Under the pieces are notes generated by a model that worked only from the letters and a program-made list of their open reading frames with translations, had not been told where the DNA came from and did no database searches. This document shows positions 24,498 to 37,309 of a stretch of DNA of 64,000 bases, piece by piece. The translations under genes and the position numbers were made by a program. This DNA is from Leucoraja ocellata. Its lineage: Eukaryota. Location of the stretch: the NCBI GenBank assembly GCA_036785375.1, contig JAWMAR010000242.1, forward strand, positions 558,001 through 622,000, read 5' to 3'. The stretch's first letter is position 1; each line of letters opens with the position of its first letter.

Positions 24498-27269
24498 TAA
24501 CAGCACCAGAAACAACGTTTTGATCCTGACTGGAGGCTGTCTGTACGGTGTATGTCCCTTCTCCATGTGACCGCGTGCGTTTTCACCGGGTGCTCCGGTT
24601 TCCTCCCACACGCCAAGGACGTATAGGTTTGTTGGTTGATTGCCTGTGGAAATGAATGTAGATTGTCCCTAGTGTGTTGGATAGTGCTAGTCTATGGGCA
24701 CCACTGGTCGGCGTGGGCGCGGAGGTCCGAAGGGGATGTTTCCGTGCTGTGTCTCCAAACTAAACAAAACTAAATATGAGAAAAGAAAACACAATGCACT
24801 GTGAAAAGAGCGGTCCTTGTTCCCCATGATCATTATTTCCTTTTCATGTCCAGTGAGTTTAATGAATATGGAGGCTGGGTCTAACATGGTTTATGCGGGG
24901 CAAAGACAAGCTTAGATAATACAAGAAGTTGGAGAATATACCGTCGTTTATATTATTTTTAGTGTGTTTTGAAATTTGTGCTAATGTTCTCTGGTTTGTT
25001 TTATGTGGGGGGTGAGGGAGGGGATCGGGGGAAAGTTTTGTTCCTTGCCGGAGATGCGATTGTTTTCCGGGTCATTTCTCCAGTCGCTCTGCGGCCTAAC
25101 ATCATGGAGCTGGCGGCCTTGCTCAGGACTGACTTTGAGCCCCACTGCGGGGCGTGGACTTACATCGAAGCTGATTCCTTGCCTGGGATCGACGCTCCAA
25201 CCGCGGCCTACGGACTTTAACATCAAAGACCTCGCAATCTCGGGAGAGACCGACGTCGGGAAGCTCCAACGACACAGAAGATTTGACCAGCCTCGACCCG
25301 GGGGTCAGATCGCCCGGCGTGGGGAGCTGAGATCCCCCCGATGCAGGAGCTTGATCGCCCTCATGCGGAGGGACCGCCGCAGGCTACGGGAGTCAAAATC
25401 AACGGAAGCTCGAGGCCCCCGACCGCGGGAGAACAAAGAAGGGACGAGATTGTGGAGGAGTCACTGTGGTGGATGTTCATGTTAAAATGTATTTTGTGTG
25501 TTCTGTTGATTTTTATTGATATGACTGGATGGCAAATCAAATTCCTCGTATGTTGCAAAACATACTTGGCTAATAAAGTATAATTCTGATTATGATATTG
25601 TGAGATTAAATAAACAACATGATATAAACGAGTAAAATGCATGTTGCCTCTGATTGTGGTGAATACAGAAAACAGACTAAAAATATATACACAGGTGCAG
25701 AGATTTATTGAATATTGGCTGTAACGGGACCTTAGGAAGGCAATGTTTGTGGCGAACATTAAGCCCAATTAAACTGATCTGCCTGTCCTGATCCATATCC
25801 TTGTACTCCCTGCATTTCCCTGTATCTACAATGAGCCTCCTAAACACCGCTATCATATCCACCCACACCACCATCATGTGCTCCAGGTCCGTACCACACT
25901 CCGTGTAAAATAGTTGCCTCGCCTGTCTGCATTCAATGTTCCCCCTGACACCTTATAGTATGTCTTCTCATGTTGGACATTTCCATCCTGGAAAATGACA
26001 CTGACTGTCTACCCTATCAATGACTCTCATCATTGTATATACTTCTATCAAGTCTCCCACGAATCTCCGACATTCCAGGGAAAACAATCCATGGATATCC
26101 AATCTCTCCCTGTGGCTGATCCAGGCAGCATTCTGGTTAACCTGTTTTTTACCCTCCAAAACCTCCATTTCTTCCCTTTAATGGGGTGATCGGATCTGTA
26201 CTCAATACTCCAATTGCTGCCTCATCAAACTCATATAGAACTGCATCATGTTCCTGACCCTTATGCTCAACACCCCTAGCAATGAACGCAAGTATACCAT
26301 ACATCCACTTTACCATCTACATGTGCTGTCAACTGCAGCGAGCTATGAACTTGGATTCCAAGTGCTCTCAGCACATCCATGTTCTTCAGAATCTAGCAAT
26401 TTACTGTATAATTGATGATCATTGAATGGTGGCGGCTTCACGTGAATTAAAATGGATTTAAGTTGGTAAGCGAGGATCAAATGTGAGGGAAATGCCTTCT
26501 GGTTTAAATGGAAACTGATTATAATATGTTCACTGTGGAGGAATGATGTGTTGTTTCCAAGACCATATGTAATAACAAAAGGGATTGAAGCATCTTTTAC
26601 ATACAGCGCCAAGCCAAATGTTATTAAGTAACTAAGAAGAGACATTGAGGGTATGAGTCGGGATTGGCTGGGATAGACGGGCAAATTATACTTAAAGTGT
26701 TGATGGTGGAGATGCAATTCCAAATATTTAAAGACTGCATGGATGAACTCCAAAATGTGTTCATCCCCGGCTAGAGAAAGAAATAATATGGGGAAGGCGG
26801 CTCAACGTGACTAACGAGGGAAATCAAGGATAGTGTTAAATCCAAGGAAGAGGTTATATAAATTGGCCAGAGGACTGGGAGAAATTTAGAACTCAACAGG
26901 GGACGAAAAAAGGGTTAATTAAGGCGGGAAAGGAGAGCATGAAAGAACGCTGGCGTGGAATATCAAAACTGACTGCAATAGCTTCTTTAGATATGTATAA
27001 AGGAAAAGATCAGTGATGAAAATGTAGGTCACTTACAATCAGAGACAGGTGAATTTCTAATGGAAAGCAAGGAAATGGCAGAACAACCAAGTACTTTGGT
27101 TCAGTATTTACTAAGGAAGACACAAACAATCTCCCAGAAATACTAGGGGACCGAGGATTTAGTGGGAGGGAGGAACTGAAGGGAACCCACGTTAGCCATG
27201 AAATGGTGTCATATACAGTAAATTGTAACCCTCCACTCCACTCTGGACCACTTGGACAACAAAAACTCA

Positions 27270-29703
27270 TATGTCAGACTGTAATTCATCGATTACAGCT
27301 CGGCATTTAACACAATCATCCCCTCCAAGCTTGTTACCAAACTCGCAGAACTGGGTCTCTGCGCATCCCTCTGCAATTGGATCCTCGACTTCCTCATTCA
27401 CAGACCACAGTCTGTTCGTATTGGTGGAAATGTGTTAGCCTTGATTACAATCAGCACGGGAGCACCTCAAGGCTGCGTGCTCAGCCCCCCACTGTACTCA
27501 CTCTATACTCATGACTGCGTAGCCAGTCAAAGTGCGAACTCCATCATCAAATCGCTGATGACACCACTGTTGTGGGACGTATTACTGATGGGGATGAGTC
27601 AGAGTATAGAAGAGAGATCGAGCAACTGTCCATATGGTGTCAGCGCAATAACCTGGCCCTCAACACCAGCAAAACCAAGGAGGCATAGATCATGCGAGTC
27701 TCAGCTTATCCTGACGACAAATTACCTGGCCAAGTACCTTGATAGTAACGTCATCATGGATTTAGTTGTGCTGGACTTTTCTAAGGCATTTAATGTCATC
27801 CCACACCAGAGACTGCTTCGGAAGCTTGACTTCTATGGTATTCGTTCCAACACTAAACGATGGATTTCCAGTTTCCTGACAAAACATCTTCAGCGTGTGT
27901 GTGTGTGTGTGTGTGTGAACGGAAAGAGCTCCAATTGGCATCCAGTGTTGAGTGGTACACCTCAGGGCACAGTACTTGACCCACATCTATTTTTGCTTTA
28001 CATAAATGACATCCATGAAAAAGTCGCAAGTACGACCAGACTTTTCGGTGATGATTGTTTGCTGTACCGTCCAATTAAGTCAGCTGATGATGAAGATGCT
28101 CTCCAAAAGGATCTCGATACAATGGTTGAGTGGTCACAACAATGGGGCATGCAGTTCAACCCTTCCAATTGTGAAACTATGCGTGTCACCAGAAAGAGGA
28201 ATCCAGGCGAAACATCTTACAATATACTTGGTACCACCCTTGAAGAATCCAAACAAACCAAGTATCTTGGCATCAAATTGCAGAATGATCTGCGTTGGAA
28301 TAGTCAGACTCATCATGCAACGGTGAAAGCAACAGGTGTCCTAAACTTTCTGAGGCGCAACTTTCATCATTGTTCAACTTCTGTCATGGAGAAGCTATAC
28401 TTCTCCATCGTTAGACCTCATTTGGACTACGCAGTTGCAGCATGGGACCCATACACAAATAAAAACATTTCTTCCATCGAACATGTCCAAAGACGGGCAG
28501 CTCGATTTGTTACTAACACCTATGAGAGAGAAGCGAGTGTCACCAAACTTCTGAATTCTCTGTGGTGGAAACCTCTCCAAGACAGACGTGAAGCTCACCA
28601 TTTGACCTGTTTTTACAAAATGTTAAATGGTCAACTCGACATAGACTACAAGACCTACACCAAACCCAAACCAATTAGGAGCAGACGAGAGCATTCGATG
28701 CAATTTGTGATCCCAGCTACAAAGACAGATGTGTACAACAATTTGTTCTTCCCCCGCATAATTAAAGCATGGAATAATCTCCACCCAACTATAGTTACCC
28801 AACCAGATGCAACTAAATTTAAAGTAGCTCTTTCTTCCCAATAACCCTTTCTGGCTTAATCCCTCCCTTCACCACCTCCAGTTTAAATTCCATTTGGAAT
28901 ATTTTGGAGGACCAAGTAACCAAAAACCAAGAACTGATCGTGGACTTTGGAAGTAGTAGGAGGGGGACCCACAGCCCCATTTATATCAACGGGTCGATGG
29001 TTGAAAGGCTCAAGAGCTTCAAATTCCTGGGTGTGCACATCTCTGAAGATCTTTCCTGGTCCGAGAACACTAACTCAATTATCAAGAAAGCTCATCAGCG
29101 CCTCTACTTCCTGACAAGATTACGGAGAGTCGGTTTGTCAAGCAAGACTCTCTCTAACGTTTACAGGTGCACAGTAGAGAGCATGCTGACCGGTTGCATC
29201 GTGGCTTGGTTCGGCAATTTGAGCGCCCTGGAGAGGAAAAGACTACAAAAAGTAGTAAACACTGCCCAGTCCATCATCGGCTCTGACCTTCCTTCCATCG
29301 AGGGGATTTATCACAGTCGCTGCCTCAAAAAGGCTGGCAGTATCATCAAAGACCAACACCATCCTGGCCACACACTCATCTCCCTGCTACCTTCAGGTAG
29401 AAGGTACAGGAGCCTGAAGAGTACAACAACCAAGTTCAGGAATAGCTACTTCCCCTCAGCCATCAGGCTATTAAACCTGGCTCGGACAAATCTCTGATTA
29501 TTAATAACCCATTTTCTGTTATTTGCACTTTATCAGTTTATTTATTCATGTGTGTATATATTTATATTATGGTATATGGACACACTGATCTGTTTTGTAG
29601 TAAATGCCTACTATGTTCTGTGTGCTGAAGTAAAGCAATAATTTCATTGTCCTATACAGGGACACATGACAATAAATTCACTTGAACTTGAACTTGAACT
29701 TGA
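27270..29703 (+). mobile_element. 5'-truncated Rex1/Babar LINE, split by another LINE
   Basis: DYSSAFNTI…[10 protein letters not shown] before 27680; ELIVDF…RRYRSL after 28930; (CTTGAA)n tail. Confidence 0.88.
27681..28930 (+). mobile_element. 5'-truncated CR1-group LINE (Crack/Daphne-like) RT fragment, frame open for ~385 aa
   Basis: [28 protein letters not shown] and SFFPR-like motifs in ORF 27432..28844. Confidence 0.8.
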
Positions 29704-31043
29704 ACTGTTGGGACTGAAGGCAGATAAATCTGCAGGGCCTGATGGTCTGTATCCCAGAGTACTCAAGCAGGTGGCCCTAGAAATTGTGAATGCATTGGTG
29801 ATCATTTTCCAATATTCTCCCGACTGGACCCATTCCTGTGTACTGGAGGGTAGCCGTTGTAACTCCACTTTTTAAGAAAGAGGGAGAGAGAAAACGGGGA
29901 ATTATAGACGTGAGCCTGACATCAGTAGTGGGGAAGATGCTGGAGTCGATTATTAAAGATGTTATAGCAGCGCATTTGGAAAGCAGTGACAGGATTGGTC
30001 AAAGTCTGCATGGATTTATGAAGGGAGATCATGCTTGACTAATCTGGAATTTTTTGAGGATGTAGAATGGATAAGAGAGAGCCAGTGGGTGTGGAGTATC
30101 TGGGCTTCCAAAAAACCTTTGACAAGGTCCCACGCAAGAGATTAGTGTGCAAAATTAGATCACATGGTAATGGGGGAAGGGTATTGACCTGGATAGAGAA
30201 CTGGTTGGCAGACAGGAAGCAAAGAGTAGGAAAAAACGGGTCCTTTTCAGAATGCCAGGCAGTGACAAATGGTGCTGGGAACCCAGTTATTTACAATATT
30301 TATTAACGATTTAGACGAGGGAATTAAATGTGTAATTTCCAAGTTAAGTCTACGGATGACACAAAGCTGGATGGCAGTGGGAGCTGTGATGAGGATGTTA
30401 TGAGGCTGCAAGGTGACTTAAAATAAGACAGATGCATGGCAGATGCAGTATAATGTGGATACATGTGAGGTTATCCACTTTATTGGCAAGAACAGGAAGG
30501 CAGTTTATTATTTGAATGGTGTCAGATTTGGAAAAGGGGAGGTGCAACGAGACCTGGGTGTGTTTGTACATCAGTCACTGAAAGTAAGCACGCAGGTACA
30601 GCAGGCAGTGAAGAAAGCGAATGGCATGTTGGCCTTCATTGCATGCCATTCAATCTAATGGCATGTTGGGATTTGAGTTTCGGAGCAAGGAGGTCCTTCT
30701 GGCAGTTGTACAGGGCCCAGGTGAGACCACACCTGGAGTATTGTGTGCAATTGTGGTCTCCAAATTTCAGGAAGGACATTCTTGCTATTGAGAGAGTGCA
30801 GCATAGGTTCACCAGGATAATTCCCGGGATGGTGGGACTGAGAGGTTAGATGCAGGAACAATGTTCCTGACGTTGGGGTAGTCCAGAACCAGGGGTCACA
30901 GTTTAAGAATAAGGGATAGGCCATGTAGGACTGAGATGAGGATAAAAAAATTCACCCAGAGAGTTGTGAATCTGTGGAATTCTCTGCCACAGAAGGCAGC
31001 GGAGGCCAGTTCTCTGGATCTTTTTAAGAGGGAGTAATGCCAC

Positions 31044-31260
31044 TGTCCCACTTAGGAAACCTGAACAGAAACCTCTGGAGACTTTGCGCCCATCCAAGGT
31101 TTCCGTTCGGTTCCCGGAGGGTTGTAGGTGGTTGCCGGAGGTTGCGGTAGTGGAAGCAGGTAGGGACAAAAACCGACAAAAACCTCCGGGAACCGCACGG
31201 AAACCTTGGGTGGGGCACAAAGTCTCCAGAGGTTTCCGTTCAGGTTTTCTAAGTGGGACA
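31044..31260. mobile_element. MITE with ~75-bp TIRs (TGTCCCACTTAGGAAACCTGAAC…), Harbinger-like
   Basis: The arms are reverse complements; inserted in the CR1 3' region. Confidence 0.85.
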
Positions 31261-31552
31261 TTTAGCTCATAAAACCTATGGAATCAAGGGATATGGGGGA
31301 AAAGAAGGAACGGGGTACTGAATTTAAATGATCAGCCATGATTATGTTGAATGGTCCCTGTTCGAAGGGCCGAATGACATACACCTGCACATCTTTTTCT
31401 ATGTTTCTATGTTTCCTCTATGTTTCTAACAGATGTGTGTCAAGTATCAAGAATGTATAATTTTCATAAGTGCGGAGAGCGGTACAATTAAATTCTTACT
31501 TGGGCCTGGACATACATGGCAGTGGATCTTGCTTGATGTATGCGTGCTGTAA

Positions 31553-31699
31553 TGTGTGTGTTTGTCAGTGTGTGTGTGTCTGAGTGCGTGTGTATGCGTG
31601 TGTGTGTGTGTGTATGCGTGTGTGTGAGTGTGTGTGTGTGAGCGTATGTGTGTCTGAGTGTGTGTGTGTCTGAGTGTGTCTGCGTGTGTCTGAGTGTAT
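31553..31699. repeat. Imperfect (TG)n microsatellite running into an assembly gap
   Basis: Visible directly. Confidence 0.9.
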
Positions 31700-32004
31700 N
31701 NNNNNNNNNNNNNNNNNNNNNNNNNNNNNNNNNNNNNNNNNNNNNNNNNNNNNNNNNNNNNNNNNNNNNNNNNNNNNNNNNNNNNNNNNNNNNNNNNNNN
31801 NNNNNNNNNNNNNNNNNNNNNNNNNNNNNNNNNNNNNNNNNNNNNNNNNNNNNNNNNNNNNNNNNNNNNNNNNNNNNNNNNNNNNNNNNNNNNNNNNNNN
31901 NNNNNNNNNNNNNNNNNNNNNNNNNNNNNNNNNNNNNNNNNNNNNNNNNNNNNNNNNNNNNNNNNNNNNNNNNNNNNNNNNNNNNNNNNNNNNNNNNNNN
32001 NNNN
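31700..32004. other. Assembly gap (others at 46429-47001 and 48185-48353)
   Basis: N runs. Confidence 1.
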
Positions 32005-33899
32005 GAAAAACCTACAGTGGAGGTGTGGAAAGCACTCGATTCCTCCATTGACCTCGCTTGCTTAGACATTTCTTCAAGTGGAGATTCAAGTGGACAGCAA
32101 AATATTCTGGTGAATCTGTAATATAAACGCACCATTTTATTTGAACAAGATATGATATAAATAGACACCCTCGAAGAATCCAGTTGATTCGCGCCAACTG
32201 CCAATATTGTTAAAACATATAATCGCCGTCGAGAATGATATCTTCATTGCCTTGTTTGTGTTGATCTAAAAATGGCTGGAAACAGAGATGAGCTGATTTA
32301 AATAAACAGTGATTTCAACAGCCCCAGACCCAGGTTCGTTTACTGAAGGACAGAAACAGAAGCAATGTTTCCCCAGAGGCGGAAAACAGATAAAGTGAGA
32401 AAGAAATGCAAATCTCTGAACAGATTACACCAGAGACATTTATTTTAAATTGTCAATGTTCTCTCCTGTAAAAATAAAGTTGAAGTGCATATGGATGATG
32501 TTAGTCAATAATATTTCTACAAAGCTAGGTTTACTGAGAACATGTATCATATCCCTTTATTTATCAACAATGGCTGGGATCAATAACATTCTCTGCATAC
32601 ATATGAATGTCACACGTGACAAATTCACAGATGCATAGAAAATACAATGATAAATTAAAATTCAAGTCATAGAAGAATACTATGTTGGAGCGCAGGAAAC
32701 TTTAATTGCCCGTATGCACCTTAAATTTTCGACACTCCTCGTGTTTGCCTCACAAATCGGTGAACTACTGTTTCTATTTATCTCCTCAGATAACTCTAGT
32801 GGATTCTTCTTCAGATATCTCTATTAGATTTTTCGACACCATCCGCCCTACCAGTGCAGTTTGAATCATTGAAATATTATCCAACAAATATGCTCATTGG
32901 TTGATTGGTTAGAACGTGCCTTCATTCAACTTTGCTCTTTGGAAGCAGCATCTGAAAATCAACACTACATGAATCATCCCTAATGCCGATCATTTCTCCA
33001 ATCACTCCACAGATCTACAATTCCCCTCCTGCAATATGCCATCTATTAATTTCCTTCCAATCTCTTAATGACATTTTAATAGAATCTTGTGTTTGCTTTG
33101 TATCAATTTCCTCTACTGCCTTTGATGTAACCAATCTCGATATTGACATTTTATCTGTACAGCTGTATGGTGACCACACATTTCACTGTATCAACTGGGA
33201 CATGTAACAAATAAATGTATCTTGATATTGGAATGGACAGTCCCAATATTGTTCGAACGGCTCATATTGATAACTACGAATGTGTAGGAAAGAACTGCAG
33301 ATGCTGCTTTAAATCGAAGCTAGACACATAATGCTGGAGTAACTCAGTGGGACAGGCAGCATCTCTGGAGGTCTGAAGAAGGGTCTCGACCCAAAACGTC
33401 AAACATTCCTTCTCTCCAGAGATGCTGCCTGTCCCGCTGAGTTTCTCCAGCATTATGTGTCTACCTAACAATGAAGGCAGGTCTGTCTGTCTGTCTGCCT
33501 GTCTGTCTTTCTTGCTCAAATATTTTTCCTCACCTCCTCTCTCTCCCTCTCACACACGCAAGCACACACCCAGAAACATTTTAATATACATTTGAGGAAT
33601 TCCAAACATATTTTATGGAACAACTGCACTATGAAATCAATCTTGAAACCATCTTATTTACAACTATACCATGAGTTTTAAACGTGCTTTTCCACCCCTT
33701 ACACAATATAAACTTTATAGAAACATAGAAAATAGGTGGAGTTTAAAAAAATCAAATAAGGCAAGGAGTACGTGGAATGAACGGAAAGGGGATGAGGATT
33801 CTTAGACGGCATCCGTCGTGATATTATGGAAGAGCGAAGCGACCACGAATGATGGGTCAGCATCTTTCTGCAGTGTTTGTCGATTGACAATAGACAATA

Positions 33900-35830
33900 G
33901 ACATAGAAACATAGAAACATAGAAAATAGCTGCAGAGGTAGGCCATTCGTCCCTTTGAGCCTGCACCGCCATTCAATATGATCATGACTGATCATCCAAC
34001 TCAGTATTCTGTACATGCCTTCTCTCCATAACCCCTGATCCCTTTCGCCACAAGGGCCACATCTAACTCCCTCTTAAATATAGCCAATGAACTGGCCTCA
34101 ACTACCTTCTGTGGCAGAGAATTCCAGAGATTCACCACTCTCTGTGTGAAAAATGTTTTCCTCATCTCGGTCCTAAAAGATTTCCCCCTTATCCTTAAAC
34201 TGTGACCCCTTGTTCTGGACTTCCCCAACATCGGGAACAATCTTCCTTCATCTAGCCTGTCCAACCCCTTAAGAATCTTGTAAGTTTCTATAAGATCCCC
34301 CCTCAATCTTCTAAATTCTAGCGAGTACAAGCCGAGTCTGTCCAGTCTTTCTTCATGAGTCCTGACATCCCAGGAATTAGTCTGGTGAACCATCTCTGTA
34401 CTCCCTCTAAGGCAAGAATGTATTTCCTCAGATTAGGAGACCAACACTGTACGCAATACTCCAGGTGTGGTCTCACCAAGACCCTGTACAAATGCAGTAG
34501 AACCTCCCTGCTCCTATACTCAAATCCTTTTGCTATATATTGCTTATATTTTGCTTATATTGTGTAAGGGGCGGAAAAGCGATATAGTTGGGATCACGGA
34601 GACATGGCTCCAGGGTGACCAAGGCTGGGAGCTGAACATCCAGGGATATTCAATATTCAGGAGAAACAGACAGAAAGGAAAAGTAGGTGGGGTAGCGTTG
34701 CTGGTTAGAGAGGCGATTAACGCAATAGAAAGGAAGGACATTAGCTTGGAGGATGTAGATTTGGTATGGGTAGAGCTGCGAAACACTAAGGGGCAGAAAA
34801 CGCTAGTGGGAATTGTGCACAGGCTATCTAACAGTAGTAGTGGAGTTGGGAATGGCATCAAACAGGAAATTAGAAATGCGTGCAACAAAGGTAAAACAGT
34901 TATAATGGGTGACTTCAATCTACATATAGATTGGATGAATCAAATTGGCAGGAGTGCTGACGAAGAGGATTTCTTGGAATGTATGTGGGATAGTTTTCTA
35001 AACCAACATGTAGAGGAACCAACGAGAGAGCAGGCTATTCTAGACTGGGTATTGAGTAATGGGGAAGGGTTAGTTAGCAGTCTTGTTGTACGTGGCCCCT
35101 TGGGCAAGAGTGACCATAATATGGTTAAGTTCTTCATTAGGATGGAGAGTGATGTCATTAATTCAGAAACAAGGGTTCGGAACTTAAAGAAAGGTAACTT
35201 TGAGGGTGTGATTTGAGTATAGGAACAGTGAAGTTCTACTGCAGTTGTAGTGCAGGGTCTGGTGAGACCACACTTGGAGTATTGCGTACAGTTTTGGTCT
35301 CCTAATCTGAGGAAAGACATTCTTGCCATAGAGAGAGTACAGAGAAGGTTCACCTGATTCCTGACTGATTCCTGGGATGTCAGGACTTTCATATGAAGAA
35401 AGACTGGATAGACTTGGCTTGTACTCGCTAGAATTTAGAAGATTGAGGAGGGATCTTATAGAAACTTACAAAATTCTTAAGGGGTTGGACAGGCTAGATG
35501 CAGGAAGATTGTTCCCGATGTTTGGGAAGTCCAGAACAAGGGGTCACAGTTTAAGGATAAGGGGGAAATCTTTTAGGACCGAGATGAAAAAAACATTTTT
35601 CACACATAGAGTGGTGAATCTCTGGAATTCTCTGCCACAAAGGGTAGTTGAGGCCAGTTCGTTGGCTATATTTAAGAGGGAGTTAGATGTGGCCCTTGTG
35701 GCTAAAGGTATCGGGGGTATGGAGAGAAGGCAGGTACAGGATACTGAGTTGGATGATCAGCCATGATCATATTGAATGGTGGTGCAGGCTCGAAGGGCCG
35801 AATGGCCTACTCCTGCATCTATTTTCTATG
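33900..35830. mobile_element. CR1 3' fragment (-; 33900-34530) and internally deleted CR1 (+; 34570-35830) immediately upstream of VH
   Basis: ORFs 34001..34393, 34467..35216 (GITETW, GDFN, SDH) and 35377..35766. Confidence 0.9.
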
Positions 35831-35834
35831 TGTC

Positions 35835-36051
35835 TAATAGATGTGATAGCGTGAGTCCATGTTGCTGTTGAGTTGGGAGCCGTGTTTCAGCTCCGCCCGC
35901 TGCACCACTCGGTTTACAAGTCCCGCCCATAGCCGCGCCCTCTTTTGCCGGGTATTTAATTCTCTCTAAGAGGGGCCGAAATCCAACTTCCTTGCAGTTG
36001 GTTTGTTGCGAGGTTCTGTACAGAAACAACAGGGTCACACTTCCCAGCGGG
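35835..36051 (+). promoter_or_regulatory. Putative VH promoter / 5'UTR
   Basis: Lies immediately upstream of the leader ATG. TATA-like TATTTAA 35953-35959, GC boxes CCGCCC at 35893 and 35923, ETS-like ACTTCC at 35986. No ATGCAAAT octamer. Confidence 0.6.
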
Positions 36052-36097
36052 ATGAGGTCGGCGGTTTCACTGAGTTTGTTCCTGGCGTTAATAGTCC
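36052..36097 (+). CDS. IGHV: IgH leader exon (MRSAVSLSLFLALIV-)
   Basis: ATG at 36052, hydrophobic signal peptide, phase-1 donor C|GTGAGT at 36098. Confidence 0.93.
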
Positions 36098-36271
36098 GTG
36101 AGTGATGTTGGACAAATTCCCCACGCAAGTTTCCCAGTGGTGTATCCACTACACCATTCCCCTTCTACCCACTCTAGAACCGTCCCAATTTATTTCCTCT
36201 TGATAATTAGAGTCGGGGATCAATGGTCAATATTTTATCCTCGCCATTCATGCCTTGTTTTTAACTTGCAG

Positions 36272-36575
36272 GTGTCCATTCCGATATCGTTCTAACCCAG
36301 CCCGAGACAGAGACGGCCACTCCTGGAGGCTCCATCACACTGACCTGTAAAGTCAGCGGGTTCAGTATTAGCAGCAACTATATGGCTTTGGTCCGTCAGG
36401 TCCCCGGGCAGGGGCTGGAGTGGCTGCTTTCCTACTACGGTTCTGGTAACGAGTACTACGCTCCGGGGATAAAGAGCCGATTCACTCCGTCCAAAGACAA
36501 TACGAATAATATCTTCACCGTGACGGCCAGCAGCCTGAAGATCGAAGACACGGCTGTCTATTACTGTGCAGGACA
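36272..36575 (+). CDS. IGHV: VH segment: (R)[100 protein letters not shown]
   Basis: Acceptor TTGCAG at 36266-36271. Open frame with both Ig cysteines and the GLEW and DTAVYYC motifs, followed by a 23-RSS. Confidence 0.97.
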
Positions 36576-36614
36576 CACAGTGTGAGCATTCAGTGTCAGA
36601 CCCGTACAAGAACG
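36576..36614 (+). other. V 3' recombination signal sequence (23-bp spacer)
   Basis: CACAGTG 36576-36582, 23 nt, ACAAGAACG 36606-36614. Confidence 0.93.
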
Positions 36615-36982
36615 GCACGTTAGGAAGTCCAGCTTTTACCATCAGACTAGAGGTGAGCAATTATTCCTACAGCTATAATAACAGTCGGGAAATGGAGGCA
36701 AAGTACCATTCGCAAATCCAACACGATATTCAAAAATGTAGTGTATTCGTGTGAGTTTTTTTATATTCGCTTCACGCATACCCATAGGCGTTGTGTAAAA
36801 CCATAGACCAGGATAATATGCTCATTCCATTATGCAAGTGAGATGAAGGGAGATTGTTGGTGTTGTGTATATTTATATTGTTGGTGTTGTGTATATTTAC
36901 TGTGTTCTCTGTGAATTGCTGGACCATTTAAAATCGTGTCGAAGGCCGTTGCAAATGAAACCTGAGTGTGAACTGTATGGGA

Positions 36983-37061
36983 GGTTTTTGTGCGGGTCTG
37001 TCTCACTGTGTACAACAGTGGGTCACGGTGCTACAAACAGCGACTTCCCCGTACAAAAACC
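36983..37061 (+). other. IGHD: D1 segment TACAACAGTGGGT (37011-37023) with 5' 12-RSS and 3' 22-RSS
   Basis: GGTTTTTGT-12-CACTGTG | D | CACGGTG-22-ACAAAAACC. Confidence 0.95.
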
Positions 37062-37309
37062 CTGACACCTAGTTTTCTCCTGCTCCAACCTACAAGCACC
37101 GTAGGAGAGGCCCAGTGAAGAAAAATCAAATAAAATGTCACCGTTTAAAGTTACATGGATTGTTTTGAGAAATGTCCAACTGTCTTCCGACCAATTAACG
37201 TTATTTTATGAGCTTTAGAAGAACAGCCTTTAGCTGTATAAGTGACAGCGAAGAGTCCCCTGGGACATATCGTCTGTGAGCAGTACATGCACCAGTTCTT
37301 GAAGAGCGA

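Larger units (their letters stand above)
23005..26052 (+). repeat. Tandem segmental duplication copy C (partial)
   Basis: Collinear with 15433-17154 apart from a DNA-transposon insert; diverges after ACTTCTATCAAG. Confidence 0.9.
26640..31420 (+). mobile_element. Decayed CR1 LINE interrupted by nested insertions (27210-29703 and 31044-31260)
   Basis: CR1 ORF2 is continuous across GAAATGGTGT|AACTGTTGGGACTGAAGGC; 3' tail at ~31400. Confidence 0.85.

Noticed and set aside
27432-28844. 470-aa ORF as a host gene or novel fused RT
   Set aside because: Accidental in-frame junction of a Rex1 fragment and a nested LINE.
32005-32121. EKPTVEVW…IDLACL peptide faintly like the start of an Ig C1 domain
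   Set aside because: No downstream Trp or second Cys, early stop, and it abuts a gap; probably chance.
32406-32413. Perfect octamer ATGCAAAT upstream of VH
   Set aside because: It is 3.6 kb from the ATG in AT-rich DNA; a single hit is expected by chance and it is not at a promoter position.
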